Of a DNA stretch of 50,578 bases, positions 1 through 9,437 are shown in pieces. How positions within the stretch are numbered: the stretch's first letter is position 1; each line of letters begins with the position of its first letter. The stretch is taken from the UHGV virus genome UHGV-1367765; one strand, 5' to 3'. The position numbers and the translations under genes were made by a program. The notes below the pieces were generated by a model. The model was given only the letters and a program-made list of their open reading frames with translations. It had not been told where the DNA came from and searched no databases. This DNA comes from a virus.

Positions 1-55
1 AGTCATCGGGCATTATCTGAACATAAAACACTATCAATAAGTTGGAGTCATTACC
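1..55 (+). mobile_element. IS1 right-end terminal fragment (last 55 bp, includes terminal inverted repeat and the insB stop)
   Basis: Sequence AGTCATCGGGCATTATCTGAACATAAAACACTATCAATAAGTTGGAGTCATTACC matches the IS1 right terminus as recalled; element body lies left of the window. Confidence 0.85.
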
Positions 56-511
56 GTTATTATCGGTGCTGCAGGTAAAGGGGGGGGAGCCGGAAGAAAT
101 TCAGGTAGTGAAGGTGGCACAACTTATTTCGGTTCCCTGATAACTGCACCGGGTGGTACAGGCGGTGGCGCGGGGGGAGCATCTGCAAACACATCATATA
201 TTCAGGGTATTTCATGGGGTGCCAGTCCGACATCGTCCGGTACTGTACTAAGAGCATTTCGCTGTAGTGCAAAAACACCAGGTGCAATGGTTATCTCTGT
301 TAAAGCTGTTGCAGGTGGTACCGGGGGGGATACACCACTAGGTTCAGGCGGTATAGGTGGTGCAAGTTCTTCATCATTCAGCGGACGTGGTGGTGGTAAA
401 GCTGAGGGCTTTGGTGCTGGCGGAGGCGGAGCCTGCGCACCTGCCAGAAGTGAGGCTCAATCGGGAGGTGACGGTGCCCCGGGAATAGTTATTGTTGAGG
501 AGTATGCCTGA
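56..511 (+). pseudogene. IS1-truncated side tail fibre gene, Gly-rich C-terminal portion
   Basis: Frame open from the IS1 junction at 56 through the listed ORF 287..511; GxGG-rich repeats typical of lambdoid side tail fibres; no start codon, 5' part removed by IS1. Confidence 0.55.
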
Positions 512-777
512 TGAGTAATTTTGCTCTGATTGAACATGGCGTGGTGAAAAATATTATTATCTGGGATGGAGAGGGTGATTTATTCTCTAACTGCGAAATT
601 ATAAATATTGATCATATAGATGCAGGCGTCGGTTGGTTCTATTCTGACGGAGAGTTTATAGCGCCACCGGAACCGGAAATGACTGAATATGATGTTGGTA
701 ATATCGACGCGGTGATGGAATCAGATACCAGCACCGCGCCGGGGGTTATCTGGCCAGTTCCACCTGAGATGGTTTAA
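511..777 (+). CDS. tail fibre assembly protein (short Tfa-like)
   Basis: ATG overlaps the fibre stop (ATGA) with a GAGGAG RBS; C-terminus [10 protein letters not shown] resembles the Tfa at 14794..15396. Confidence 0.5.
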   Translation: MSNFALIEHGVVKNIIIWDGEGDLFSNCEIINIDHIDAGVGWFYSDGEFIAPPEPEMTEYDVGNIDAVMESDTSTAPGVIWPVPPEMV

Positions 778-943
778 TCTCAATCAGAATGGGTTCGCCC
801 TTCTCGTTAACAGATATTTCCATTCCTTCAGGGATTTCAGATGCAGTAAAAAACCAGTTATCTTCTGGTAATTCCACAGCCCCGGTCACGTCATGAAGAC
901 CGGGGATTACTTCAGTCAAAGTAACAGGATTAAACAGGCGCAC
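746..943 (-). CDS. putative tail fibre assembly chaperone of the opposite-strand fibre cassette (start uncertain)
   Basis: Lies directly after the minus-strand fibre stop at 930; GTG with GGAGAG RBS around 943; the listed ORF start at 1033 would overlap the fibre by about 100 nt. Confidence 0.3.
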   Translation of the reverse strand: MRLFNPVTLTEVIPGLHDVTGAVELPEDNWFFTASEIPEGMEISVNEKGEPILIEIKPSQVELAR

Positions 944-1852
944 AATAAACTCTCCAGGAAAAAGCACTTGTTGATGGTCTTCCGTCGTACATCTGGCAGC
1001 GGACATAAAAACCTGTATTACTGATCTGGTCATCCACGATCATTGAAACGTGAACGTTATTAGGTGTGGCCTCGTAATCTGTTCTTATTCTTTCCGCTAT
1101 GCTGATAAAACGTGAAAGCTTAGGTAGTGCAATTGGATAAACGACTTTAGCCAGCCCATTATCATTGGAACCACCAGTTCCAAATACTTCTATTGCACCA
1201 TCTGACCAGCGTATCCACGCACCATTGGCATTAGCTCCTCGCTGAATGACATATCTGGCTTCTCCCAAACCAAGGTTTTCGAGAGCTGTTTTCACCGTGC
1301 CATCCGATTTGATATCGCCAAACGGATTCTTGCGGCTTAACAGCAGCGCACGAAGCGCGGTAAGCAGCTGGTCGTGCCGCCCCTTCTCCAGGCTGGCACC
1401 GGATGCCTCCACCACGCTGCAAAGCTCCTCCTGCAACATGTCAAAGTAGTCATCATCCAGATCGGTGGCAGGCGTGCCGGTCTGGGGGTTACCACGGGTA
1501 AAACCGTTCTTACCCGCGCCGAACTTATCCTTCTGCGCGGTTTCCAGCCCAGCAGAGTCTTAAAGAGCATCTGCCGGACATCGTCCACCACATCATACGA
1601 AGCAAACTGACCGCGCTCATCACGCCCGTTACTCAGTATGACAACCACGGAGAAGCCCTCTTTCAGCTCCTGCCAGTAGTCGGTCTGGCTTTTGTTTTCT
1701 CCCGGAGAGTCATCACCCGGTACCACATACGCCGCCGGGAGTCTCAGCTTTCCGACCTCCGGCAGATTTTTGAACTGTGCCGCGCCTGCCACCCGGTTTT
1801 CAAAATACGGGCAGCGGGCACGCAGCGCAGCAATAACAGGCGTCAGTTTCAT
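930..1852 (-). pseudogene. tail fibre gene with an apparent frameshift near 1540-1560
   Basis: N-terminal frame (MKLTPVIAALRARCPYFENR...) runs into junk after LLGWKP; the fibre-like sequence with the conserved motif [24 protein letters not shown] continues in another frame to 930. Confidence 0.45.
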
Positions 1853-2355
1853 CTGTGTCGTCGCTCCGGCTTCAGTGATTTACGCAATTCCCGCGCCAGA
1901 AAATAGCGTGTCCAGCTGCGGTTCTTTTCAAGCGTTTCCACCATGAAGTTATTACGTGGAGCCAGTCGCCAGCCGCTGCCACCGGATGCACCACGATGAT
2001 GGCTGCGACGACGCTTTGCCCCTCGCCTCACGCCATAGAACAAAAAAGCCGGATAAAAATCACCGGTGATACGGCGGTTTCCCTCTCCATTACGCTGGTT
2101 AGGGGCTATACGTGCCATAAAACCAGGGCGATGTTTACTGGCTCTGGGTACCATGTAACCAATCGAACGAGCCAGGCGTCCGGTCTGATAACCGGGGTTT
2201 TCACCCGGTGCCGACCGCGCACGGCGCATCACCAGCCGACGGGCATCACGCATATGACGCTGACCAATCGTGACAAACGCCCGCCGGACACGGGCGCGGT
2301 TAAAGCGCATCTCCGCGGGCTGCTGAAAATCAACGTGCAAAAAGGAAGTCGTCAT
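1849..2355 (-). CDS. phage virion morphogenesis protein (Mu G / tail-completion S-like), likely a remnant
   Basis: Arg-rich protein with TGRLARSIGY-type motif resembling the Mu G family; family call from memory. Confidence 0.35.
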   Translation of the reverse strand: MTTSFLHVDFQQPAEMRFNRARVRRAFVTIGQRHMRDARRLVMRRARSAPGENPGYQTGRLARSIGYMVPRASKHRPGFMARIAPNQRNGEGNRRITGDFYPAFLFYGVRRGAKRRRSHHRGASGGSGWRLAPRNNFMVETLEKNRSWTRYFLARELRKSLKPERRHR

Positions 2356-2593
2356 TGTTGCCTCCGTGACTCTGCCTACATTCGCCCAGCTCCGTACACT
2401 CCAGCAGCAGAAAGCGCCGCGCCCCGTTCAGATCGCGCTGACGTTTCATCCGGTAACCGCGCTGATGACGGGATTGTCCTGGCTTGTATTGCTTCCAGCC
2501 TTCGCTTTTGTGGCTTTCACAATAGCCTGACGGGTCTGTGGTGGTATGGCGGCAGCCACGAACACGGCAGGCTTTTGGGATTCGTGATGGCAT
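2330..2593 (-). CDS. small Cys-rich (zinc-ribbon-like) protein
   Basis: Internal ATG (MPSRIPKACRVRGCRH...) preceded by GGAG; CxxxGC...C.SH pattern; function unknown. Confidence 0.3.
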   Translation of the reverse strand: MPSRIPKACRVRGCRHTTTDPSGYCESHKSEGWKQYKPGQSRHQRGYRMKRQRDLNGARRFLLLECTELGECRQSHGGNNDDFLFAR

Positions 2594-2713
2594 ATGTACT
2601 CCAATGAAGAAGCCACCGACATAGCCTCCTCCATTCATCGTGAAACTATTTTCATCTACCCAGTAATGAATTCTTTGTAGAGTTGTGATCAATACAACTC
2701 ACTAATGGAGAGG

Positions 2714-2735
2714 CTTGTCCAACACGTTGGACAAG
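2714..2735. promoter_or_regulatory. perfect 22-bp palindrome CTTGTCCAACACGTTGGACAAG
   Basis: 10-bp arms around a 2-bp centre, about 120 bp upstream of the ATG of the minus-strand ORF 2330..2593; candidate operator. Confidence 0.35.
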
Positions 2736-3118
2736 TTTCCTGTTTGATTTACTGGACACTATAGAAGGACAGAATGCCTTCATCACTCGAATAACATCAA
2801 TTAAGGAGGTTCAACATGTTTCATTCCACAAATCATCAGGCTGTAATTATGGCTGCATCAGCTTGTACCACAGACCTTTTCCGCTTCACTTTGAGCCTGA
2901 TTCATTTCTACCTGACCGGCTCGCCTCTATCTTTTTAATCCCCGCTTTATCCAAATTGCATTGCCAGAATGCCGACAACAGACTGACATTCAAATCCAGA
3001 CTACCTCCAATAGTCTGACCGTACACCTATATAGTTTTAATTTTCATCAATCCATTTAACTATCGTTTAATTGTTGTCACATAGGATTCTGCCGTTTTTA
3101 ACAATGCAGGATAATAAG

Positions 3119-3412
3119 ATGAAAAAAATGTTGTTTTCTGCCGCTCTGGCAATGCTTATTACAGGATGTGCTCAACAGACGTTTACTGTTGGAAACAAAC
3201 CGACAGCAGTAACACCAAAGGAAACCATCACCCATCATTTCTTCGTTTCGGGAATTGGACAGGAGAAAACTGTTGATGCAGCCAAAATTTGTGGCGGCGC
3301 AGAAAATGTGGTTAAAACAGAAACCCAGCAAACATTCGTAAATGGATTGCTCGGTTTTATTACTTTAGGCATTTATACTCCGCTGGAAGCGCGGGTGTAT
3401 TGCTCACAATAA
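3119..3412 (+). CDS. bor: Bor outer-membrane lipoprotein (serum-resistance, lambda Bor / Iss family)
   Basis: MKKML...LITGCAQQTFTV lipobox; near-identical to lambda Bor as recalled; AGGA RBS; opposite strand to the lysis genes as in lambda. Confidence 0.9.
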   Translation: MKKMLFSAALAMLITGCAQQTFTVGNKPTAVTPKETITHHFFVSGIGQEKTVDAAKICGGAENVVKTETQQTFVNGLLGFITLGIYTPLEARVYCSQ

Positions 3413-3424
3413 TTGCATGAGTTG

Positions 3425-3442
3425 CCCATCGATATGGGCAGC
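3425..3442. terminator. hairpin between convergent bor and Rz
   Basis: TGCCCAT-CGAT-ATGGGCA stem-loop between the two stop codons. Confidence 0.3.
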
Positions 3443-3443
3443 G

Positions 3444-3905
3444 CTATCTGCACTGCTCATTAATATACTTCTGGGTTCCTTCCAGTTGTTTTTGCATAGT
3501 GATCAGCCTCTCTCTGAGGGTGAAATAATCCCGTTCAGCGGTGTCTGCCAGTCGGGGGGAGGCTGCATTATCCACGCCGGAGGCGGTGGTGGCTTCACGC
3601 ACTGACTGACAGACTGCTTTGATGTGCAACCGACGACGACCAGCGGCAACATCATCACGCAGAGCATCATTTTCAGCTTTCGCATCAGCTAACTCCTTCG
3701 TGTATTTTGCATCGAGCGCAGCAACATCACGCTGACGCATCTGCATGTCAGTAATTGTCGAGTTCGCCAGCTTCAGTTCTCTGGCATTTTTGTCGCGCTG
3801 GGCTTTGTAGGTAATGGCGTTATCGCGGTAATGATTAACAGCCCATGACAAGCAAACGATGATGCAGATAACCAGAGCGGAAATAATCGCGGTTACTCTG
3901 CTCAT
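3444..3905 (-). CDS. Rz: i-spanin Rz
   Basis: N-terminus [26 protein letters not shown] matches lambda Rz; start overlaps the endolysin stop. Confidence 0.85.
   Translation of the reverse strand: MSRVTAIISALVICIIVCLSWAVNHYRDNAITYKAQRDKNARELKLANSTITDMQMRQRDVAALDAKYTKELADAKAENDALRDDVAAGRRRLHIKAVCQSVREATTASGVDNAASPRLADTAERDYFTLRERLITMQKQLEGTQKYINEQCR
3503..3685 (-). CDS. Rz1: o-spanin Rz1 lipoprotein embedded in Rz
   Basis: Out-of-frame ORF inside Rz with lipobox LVVVGC and a proline-rich segment, as in lambda Rz1. Confidence 0.8.
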   Translation of the reverse strand: MRKLKMMLCVMMLPLVVVGCTSKQSVSQCVKPPPPPAWIMQPPPDWQTPLNGIISPSERG

Positions 3906-4378
3906 ACCTCAATCTCTCTGACCGTTCCGCCTGCTTCTTTGAATTTTGCAATCAGGCTGTCAGCCTTATGCTCGAACTGACCATAACCAGCGCCCGGCAG
4001 TGAAGCCCAGATATTGCTGCAACGGTCAATTGCCTGACGAATATCACCGCGATCAATCATCGGTAAAGCGCCACGCTCCTTAATCTGCTGCAATGCCACA
4101 GCATCCTGGCTTTTCGGAGAGAAGTCTTTCAGAGCAAGCTGCTTACGGTAAGCATCCCACCAGCGTGAAAGAAGCTGATAACGTCCGGCGGCTGTTGATT
4201 TGAGTTTGGGGTTTAGCGTGACACGTTTGCGAGGGTGATCGGAGTAATCAGTGAACAGTTCACCACCAACAATAACATCATAACCGTGGTTACGTGTCGG
4301 TTGTCGCCCGTTATCCGTTCCTTCTGACCATGCCACCATATCCAGGAAAGCTTTACGCTGGGAATTTAGTGCCTGCAT
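3902..4378 (-). CDS. R: endolysin R (lambda-type lytic transglycosylase)
   Basis: 158 aa, near-identical over most of its length to lambda R ([19 protein letters not shown]...). Confidence 0.9.
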   Translation of the reverse strand: MQALNSQRKAFLDMVAWSEGTDNGRQPTRNHGYDVIVGGELFTDYSDHPRKRVTLNPKLKSTAAGRYQLLSRWWDAYRKQLALKDFSPKSQDAVALQQIKERGALPMIDRGDIRQAIDRCSNIWASLPGAGYGQFEHKADSLIAKFKEAGGTVREIEV

Positions 4379-4381
4379 AAA

Positions 4382-4708
4382 TTACTCCTTCGAGCTACCA
4401 AATTTGTTACCGATTACTCGCATTGCAGCCCCACGAATAGCATCGACACCGATCAGCCCCACGCCACCACCAATGGCAACAGAAAGCGATTTAGGCCATC
4501 CGACATACTCAAGAGCGGATGCAAAGGTCAGCGTCAGAGCGCCACATAGCAAAATCTCGAGCGTTTTTCGCTTCCAGCCACCACCACCGCCAAAATAGGC
4601 GATGCGCAAACCAGCCATAACGATCGACATAATCACTGCACCCAGCGGTGTGTCTCCACGCCACCAGCTCTGGACCAAGTCCAGCCAGGTATTTGGGTTA
4701 TGAGGCAT
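4382..4708 (-). CDS. holin (non-lambda type; start taken at internal ATG)
   Basis: Directly upstream of the endolysin; hydrophobic Gly-rich segments; RBS before MPHNPNTW. Confidence 0.55.
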   Translation of the reverse strand: MPHNPNTWLDLVQSWWRGDTPLGAVIMSIVMAGLRIAYFGGGGGWKRKTLEILLCGALTLTFASALEYVGWPKSLSVAIGGGVGLIGVDAIRGAAMRVIGNKFGSSKE

Positions 4709-4751
4709 TTCGTCATCTCTCACCTCGCGATATTTGCGGGTGCTGTGTTGG

Positions 4752-4777
4752 AAATAAAAAGGCCACGCAACGTGGCC
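4752..4777 (-). terminator. Rho-independent terminator between the methyltransferase gene and the holin
   Basis: GGCCACG-caa-CGTGGCC hairpin followed by a T-run on the minus strand. Confidence 0.5.
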
Positions 4778-4784
4778 ACCAGAA

Positions 4785-5837
4785 TTATTTCCCCACCAGT
4801 TCACTTACCTCTTTCACCGTCTGATTAAACCGCTCTGACTCAAGTTCAACACCTAACGCCCGACGCCCCAGCGCCATTGCTGCTTTTATTGTGGAACCGG
4901 ATCCCATAAAGAAATCAGCAACCAGATCACCAGGTCGACTACTGGCATTGATTATTTGCCGGAGCATATCCGCCGGTTTCTCGCACGGATGTTTACCCGG
5001 GTAGAACTGAACGGGCTTATGCGTCCAGACATCGGTATAAGGCACGGAGACTGATACGGAGAAATAGCGCCGGAGAGATTTAAACTCATCCAGCAATTCA
5101 GAATATTTGCGATTCAGTGAATCATAAGATGCCACCAGCTGGTGGTGTGGTTGTTCCAGTTGTTGTTCCTGAAACTTCTCTGCCGCTATACGGGAAAACA
5201 GTGCCTGTAACTTCCGATAGTCAGCCTCATTCGGCAACTGCCACTGACTGGCACCAAACCAGTGGGAAACCATATTTTTCTTACCTGTGGCTTCGGCAAT
5301 TTGTTTTGCCGTTATACCCAGTTCGGCACGAGCATCCCTGAAATACGATATCAGCGGTGCCATTATGTGCTGTTTGAGTTCCCTTTCTTTTGCCGCATAG
5401 CCGTCACTTTTGCCGCGATATGGCCCCTGGTAATGTTCAGCAAACAGAACGCGCTCTGTGGCAGGAAAATATGCGCGCAGACTTTCTTTATTACACCCAT
5501 TCCAACGTCCGGACGGCTTCGCCCAGATGATATGGTTAAGCACGTTGAAACGTTCACGCATCATGATCTCAATATCAGATGCCAGGCGATGCCCACAGAA
5601 CAGGTAAAGGCTTCCGGCAGGTTTTAACACCCGCCAGAACTGGGCCAGACAGTGGTCCAGCCACTTAAGGTAATCTTCGTCCCCTTTCCACTGATTGTCC
5701 CAGCCGTTGGGTTTCACCTTGAAGTACGGCGGATCGGTAACAATCAGGTCAATGGAATCATCAGGCAGGGACTGAATAAAATGCAGGCAATCAGCGTTGA
5801 TTAAATCAACACTGTTTATTTTTACAGTATTTTTCAT
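4785..5837 (-). CDS. DNA methyltransferase (N6-adenine/N4-cytosine class, DPPY motif)
   Basis: DLIVTDPPYF near the N-terminus and FFMGSGST near the C-terminus; no adjacent restriction enzyme. Confidence 0.8.
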   Translation of the reverse strand: MKNTVKINSVDLINADCLHFIQSLPDDSIDLIVTDPPYFKVKPNGWDNQWKGDEDYLKWLDHCLAQFWRVLKPAGSLYLFCGHRLASDIEIMMRERFNVLNHIIWAKPSGRWNGCNKESLRAYFPATERVLFAEHYQGPYRGKSDGYAAKERELKQHIMAPLISYFRDARAELGITAKQIAEATGKKNMVSHWFGASQWQLPNEADYRKLQALFSRIAAEKFQEQQLEQPHHQLVASYDSLNRKYSELLDEFKSLRRYFSVSVSVPYTDVWTHKPVQFYPGKHPCEKPADMLRQIINASSRPGDLVADFFMGSGSTIKAAMALGRRALGVELESERFNQTVKEVSELVGK

Positions 5838-5971
5838 GGATCAGTAAGCGTAACTCTGGTAGGCTCACTCTGCTTTTGCGCTAAAGCAGTGGGCCGTGGT
5901 TCGCTTGTGACCAGTAAGCATGAGCGAATGGCTGGCAGGTGCTACCAACACCCACCAGCCGCCCATTTTCA

Positions 5972-5999
5972 CAAATTAAAAGCCCTTCATTGCTGAAGG
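5972..5999 (-). terminator. terminator-like hairpin overlapping the 3' end of the 72-aa gene
   Basis: CCTTCA-gcaa-TGAAGG stem followed by a T-rich tract on the minus strand. Confidence 0.35.
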
Positions 6000-6205
6000 C
6001 GTCTGTAACAGCCGAACTGGTAATCTGCCAGCCCCGCCATAACCAGCTGGGTCAGTATTAACTGACAGCGTTCGCGTGAAAGGTATGTGTTTTGTGCAAT
6101 CTCCCCGACTGTTGCCGGTTTGCCGTTTAATTCATTAAAAACAACTTTCGCCGTTTCTGTCATATCTAGCTGTTTTAGCATGTTTTTTACCTTCATGGTT
6201 AACAT
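5987..6205 (-). CDS. small hypothetical protein (72 aa), possible winged-helix regulator
   Basis: ATG start; helix-turn-helix-like segment TVGEIAQNTYLSRERCQLILTQL; upstream of the methyltransferase on the same strand. Confidence 0.4.
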   Translation of the reverse strand: MLTMKVKNMLKQLDMTETAKVVFNELNGKPATVGEIAQNTYLSRERCQLILTQLVMAGLADYQFGCYRRLQQ

Positions 6206-6303
6206 GACATACCAATAACTCTTGTCTAAAAAGCCAGCAAGATAAAAAGTCAGTATTCACGACCACCAGCGTGTTTACCGTACTGCACCAGGTTTACAGG
6301 TAC

Positions 6304-6330
6304 AAAAAAACCCGCTCGACGGCGGGTTTA
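6304..6330. terminator. A/T-flanked GC hairpin (bidirectional terminator-like)
   Basis: AAACCCGC-tcgacg-GCGGGTTT with an A-run on one side, in the AT-rich region upstream of nmpC. Confidence 0.3.
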
Positions 6331-6754
6331 AGCTGTGTGGCGAAGTAACCACTCTTAACAGCATAACCAATTTTTTACGTACGTAAACCTCTAAACAATA
6401 TTTGTGAGAATGATATCGAGTGTTCAAAACACCACCACAATCACATAAGGAAAAATAAACAAATAATCATTAAATAATTTCCGACGTTATTTTCAATGAG
6501 TTTAAATTAAAGAGATGATTTATAGAACACTTATTAATAACAACCTTTAATATAATTTAGCTACCAAATTTATTTTCTTTCAGAGAATAGTCATGTACAG
6601 CATGCAATAGAAAAAGTTCAGATAAAAATAGAGATCTAGATCACAATTTAAATAAGAATCTAAAACTTATATCTTGAATTAATCACATTGATTAGATGAA
6701 TATTTGTCGCGCAGGGCATCATTTTTTAATAAATGTTCAAAAAAAGGTCTCACG

Positions 6755-7852
6755 ATGAAAAAATTAACAGTGGCAATTTCTGCTGTAGCTGCATCAGTAC
6801 TGCTGGCGATGTCTGCTCAGGCAGCAGAGATTTATAATAAAGACAGTAACAAGCTGGATCTGTACGGAAAAGTTAATGCTAAGCACTACTTCTCCTCTAA
6901 CGAGGCAGATGATGGTGACACTACTTATGTTCGTCTGGGCTTCAAAGGCGAAACCCAAATCAACGATCAACTGACTGGTTTCGGTCAGTGGGAATACGAA
7001 TTCAAAGGCAACCGTGCTGAATCTCAGGGTTCTTCCAAAGATAAAACCCGTCTTGCCTTCGCTGGTCTGAAATTCGGTGACTACGGCTCCATCGATTATG
7101 GTCGTAACTACGGTGTAGCATACGACATCGGTGCGTGGACTGACGTACTGCCAGAATTCGGTGGTGATACCTGGACTCAAACCGACGTATTCATGACTCA
7201 GCGTGCAACTGGTGTTGCAACTTACCGTAATAACGACTTCTTTGGTCTGGTTGATGGCCTGAACTTTGCTGCTCAGTATCAGGGCAAAAATGACCGTAAC
7301 GATTTCGAGAACTACACCGAAGGTAACGGTGATGGCTTCGGTTTCTCTGCTACCTATGAATACGAAGGATTCGGCATTGGTGCGACCTATGCAAAATCTG
7401 ATCGTACCGACACTCAAGTCAATGCAGGGAAAGTTCTTCCTGAAGTATTTGCTTCCGGTAAAAATGCAGAAGTTTGGGCTGCAGGTCTGAAATATGACGC
7501 TAACAACATTTACCTGGCCACTACCTATTCTGAAACCCAGAATATGACGGTGTTTGCTGATCACTTCATTGCTAATAAAGCACAGAACTTCGAAGCTGTT
7601 GCACAATATCAGTTCGATTTCGGTCTGCGTCCGTCCGTTGCTTACCTGCATTCTAAAGGAAAAGACTTGGGTGTTTGGGGTGATCAGGACCTGGTTGAAT
7701 ATGTTGATGTAGGTGCAACTTATTACTTCAACAAAAACATGTCTACTTTCGTTGATTACAAAATCAACCTGCTTGACAAAAATGACTTCACTAAAGCACT
7801 CGGTGTAAGCACTGACAACATCGTTGCTGTAGGATTGGTTTACCAGTTCTAA
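6755..7852 (+). CDS. nmpC: outer-membrane porin, NmpC/Lc (OmpC/OmpF/PhoE family), apparently intact
   Basis: 365 aa with signal peptide [23 protein letters not shown] and porin motifs; near-identical to E. coli NmpC as recalled; sits between Q and the lysis genes on the opposite strand, as in DLP12. Confidence 0.9.
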   Translation: MKKLTVAISAVAASVLLAMSAQAAEIYNKDSNKLDLYGKVNAKHYFSSNEADDGDTTYVRLGFKGETQINDQLTGFGQWEYEFKGNRAESQGSSKDKTRLAFAGLKFGDYGSIDYGRNYGVAYDIGAWTDVLPEFGGDTWTQTDVFMTQRATGVATYRNNDFFGLVDGLNFAAQYQGKNDRNDFENYTEGNGDGFGFSATYEYEGFGIGATYAKSDRTDTQVNAGKVLPEVFASGKNAEVWAAGLKYDANNIYLATTYSETQNMTVFADHFIANKAQNFEAVAQYQFDFGLRPSVAYLHSKGKDLGVWGDQDLVEYVDVGATYYFNKNMSTFVDYKINLLDKNDFTKALGVSTDNIVAVGLVYQF

Positions 7853-7876
7853 TCTGGTTACTAAAAGATATGTTGC

Positions 7877-7893
7877 GGGAGGCGTTGCCTCCC
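7877..7893. terminator. hairpin just downstream of nmpC
   Basis: GGGAGGC-gtt-GCCTCCC stem-loop about 25 nt after the nmpC stop. Confidence 0.35.
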
Positions 7894-7987
7894 CAACATA
7901 TAAGTGGCTCCCTCAAGCCACTTCCTTTAGAAGCACTACCTTGCTTCTGACTATATAAACCTTCTGTTATATATTACCCTTTATTTT

Positions 7988-8015
7988 GGGGGCGTTGACA
8001 CGCCCCATTTTTAAT
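7988..8015 (+). terminator. Rho-independent terminator downstream of nmpC
   Basis: GGGGCG-ttgaca-CGCCCC followed by ATTTTTAATAAAAT. Confidence 0.5.
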
Positions 8016-8039
8016 AAAATTAAGTGAACAATTAGCGTA

Positions 8040-8423
8040 TCAATTGGACTTCGTAACAACGATATCCATCTCTAACCGGATATCTAATGCCATTAACATT
8101 CCTTCAATTATTCCCTCAGCCTTCTGTAACTTTTTCCCGATATAACCATCAGAGCAACAATGCTTGCTTGCAAGTGACATGAATGTCATACCGCCGACAT
8201 AATAATCCACTAGTAAATCATGCAAATCGCTGTTGTTCTTTTTCAGACGGGCCATACATCCGCAAACGATCATCGCGTCATCATCACAACATTGCGGACG
8301 GGATTTTACTTTTGAAGGAAGTACCCCCTTAAAACCAGCAGCAATGGACGACCAGGTCACATCCTCACGGTTATTAGCTGCCCATGCCCCCCAACGCTCA
8401 AGAACCATCTGAATATCACGCAT
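8040..8423 (-). CDS. late-gene antiterminator Q (phage 82 / QuuD type)
   Basis: [18 protein letters not shown]... matches the Q82 family; cysteine cluster; the listed TTG start is 5 codons upstream of this ATG. Confidence 0.8.
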   Translation of the reverse strand: MRDIQMVLERWGAWAANNREDVTWSSIAAGFKGVLPSKVKSRPQCCDDDAMIVCGCMARLKKNNSDLHDLLVDYYVGGMTFMSLASKHCCSDGYIGKKLQKAEGIIEGMLMALDIRLEMDIVVTKSN

Positions 8424-8440
8424 CAACTTTCTCCACAAAA

Positions 8441-9436
8441 TCAGGCCAGCACGCCAGTTGCCAGCGCACGATCGATAAAACGAAATATCAACTCCAGCTG
8501 GGAGCCATACTTCTCTTCAAATGCCGCGGTATCCGCATGCAGCTCGTCGTGATGCTTTCTGCACAAAGGCAATACAAAGAGGTCATGCGCTTTTGTACCC
8601 ATTCCGCCCTGACCGTGGCCTATCAGGTGGTGGGGATCATCAGCAGGCTTTCCACAACATGCACACGGCTGTGTCTTAACCCAGCGCGTGTACTTTTCGT
8701 TAACCCAGCGGCGACGTTTTGGGCGTAACATAAAAGACTCCGGCGACTCCGGATCCACTTTCAGCGCCAGCACCTTTTTCACTTTATCCTGGATGATGCT
8801 GGTGGCAGGAACCGAAGGAACAAGGTCACTTTCCCGGGTGACAGACGGCACAACAGGCTTCGGTAATCTCAGTGCCTTACGGGCTGCACTTTCCGGCAAG
8901 GCTCCCGCCAGGTCATTACGAACCAGCCACCAGCACAGTTCCGGCATTGTCACAACGTGACTGTCATCAAAACCGAGATCCCGACGCACAACAGACAACA
9001 CCCAGCGGGCACAGTTATCCGTTGCCATTGATTCCAGCCGTTCCGTGAACTGATCGCGCAGCTGGTTATCGCAGTGCCAGCACAGACGGATTGCACCCGG
9101 CGCGTGTCGCATTGTGGTCATGTTCTCGCTGTGCCAGTCGGAATGAGGCCACTGGCAGCCTTTTTCACGAAGTAACCAGCTTTCAAGACATTCCACGCCA
9201 CCAGCACGACGGATCACTGCCTCATTGCGGAACACGGCCCGAACGGCAGGATCATCCGCCAGCGGTTGTGATGCCGCCGGAACAGCACCACTGGCGAAAG
9301 ATGAATAACGTTCCGGCTCAGGCTCCAGCAGGACACGCCCCTGCATAAACAGGGGCATCAGCTCTGAACCTGGTCTGAACAATACGATCCCCATACGCGG
9401 GGCAATTTCAGGGGTCAGTAGTGCTCTCACGGTCAC
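8441..9436 (-). CDS. prophage protein with Cys/His-rich zinc-binding C-terminus (DUF968-like)
   Basis: CACCGKP...[10 protein letters not shown]...CRKHHDELH motifs; GTG start; family from memory. Confidence 0.45.
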   Translation of the reverse strand: MTVRALLTPEIAPRMGIVLFRPGSELMPLFMQGRVLLEPEPERYSSFASGAVPAASQPLADDPAVRAVFRNEAVIRRAGGVECLESWLLREKGCQWPHSDWHSENMTTMRHAPGAIRLCWHCDNQLRDQFTERLESMATDNCARWVLSVVRRDLGFDDSHVVTMPELCWWLVRNDLAGALPESAARKALRLPKPVVPSVTRESDLVPSVPATSIIQDKVKKVLALKVDPESPESFMLRPKRRRWVNEKYTRWVKTQPCACCGKPADDPHHLIGHGQGGMGTKAHDLFVLPLCRKHHDELHADTAAFEEKYGSQLELIFRFIDRALATGVLA

Positions 9437-9437
9437 C

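Larger units (their letters stand above)
7853..8015 (+). ncRNA. possible IpeX-like sRNA from the nmpC 3' region
   Basis: Structured 160-nt region ending at a terminator, positioned as recalled for IpeX in DLP12; not verified from sequence. Confidence 0.2.

Noticed and set aside
1996-2607. 203-aa plus-strand ORF across the prophage A remnant genes
   Set aside because: Antisense to two minus-strand genes with motif support; its translation is Arg/Thr/His-rich junk.
6794-7651. 285-aa ORF antisense to the porin gene
   Set aside because: Lies entirely inside the well-supported nmpC coding region on the opposite strand, with low-complexity translation; likely a chance ORF.
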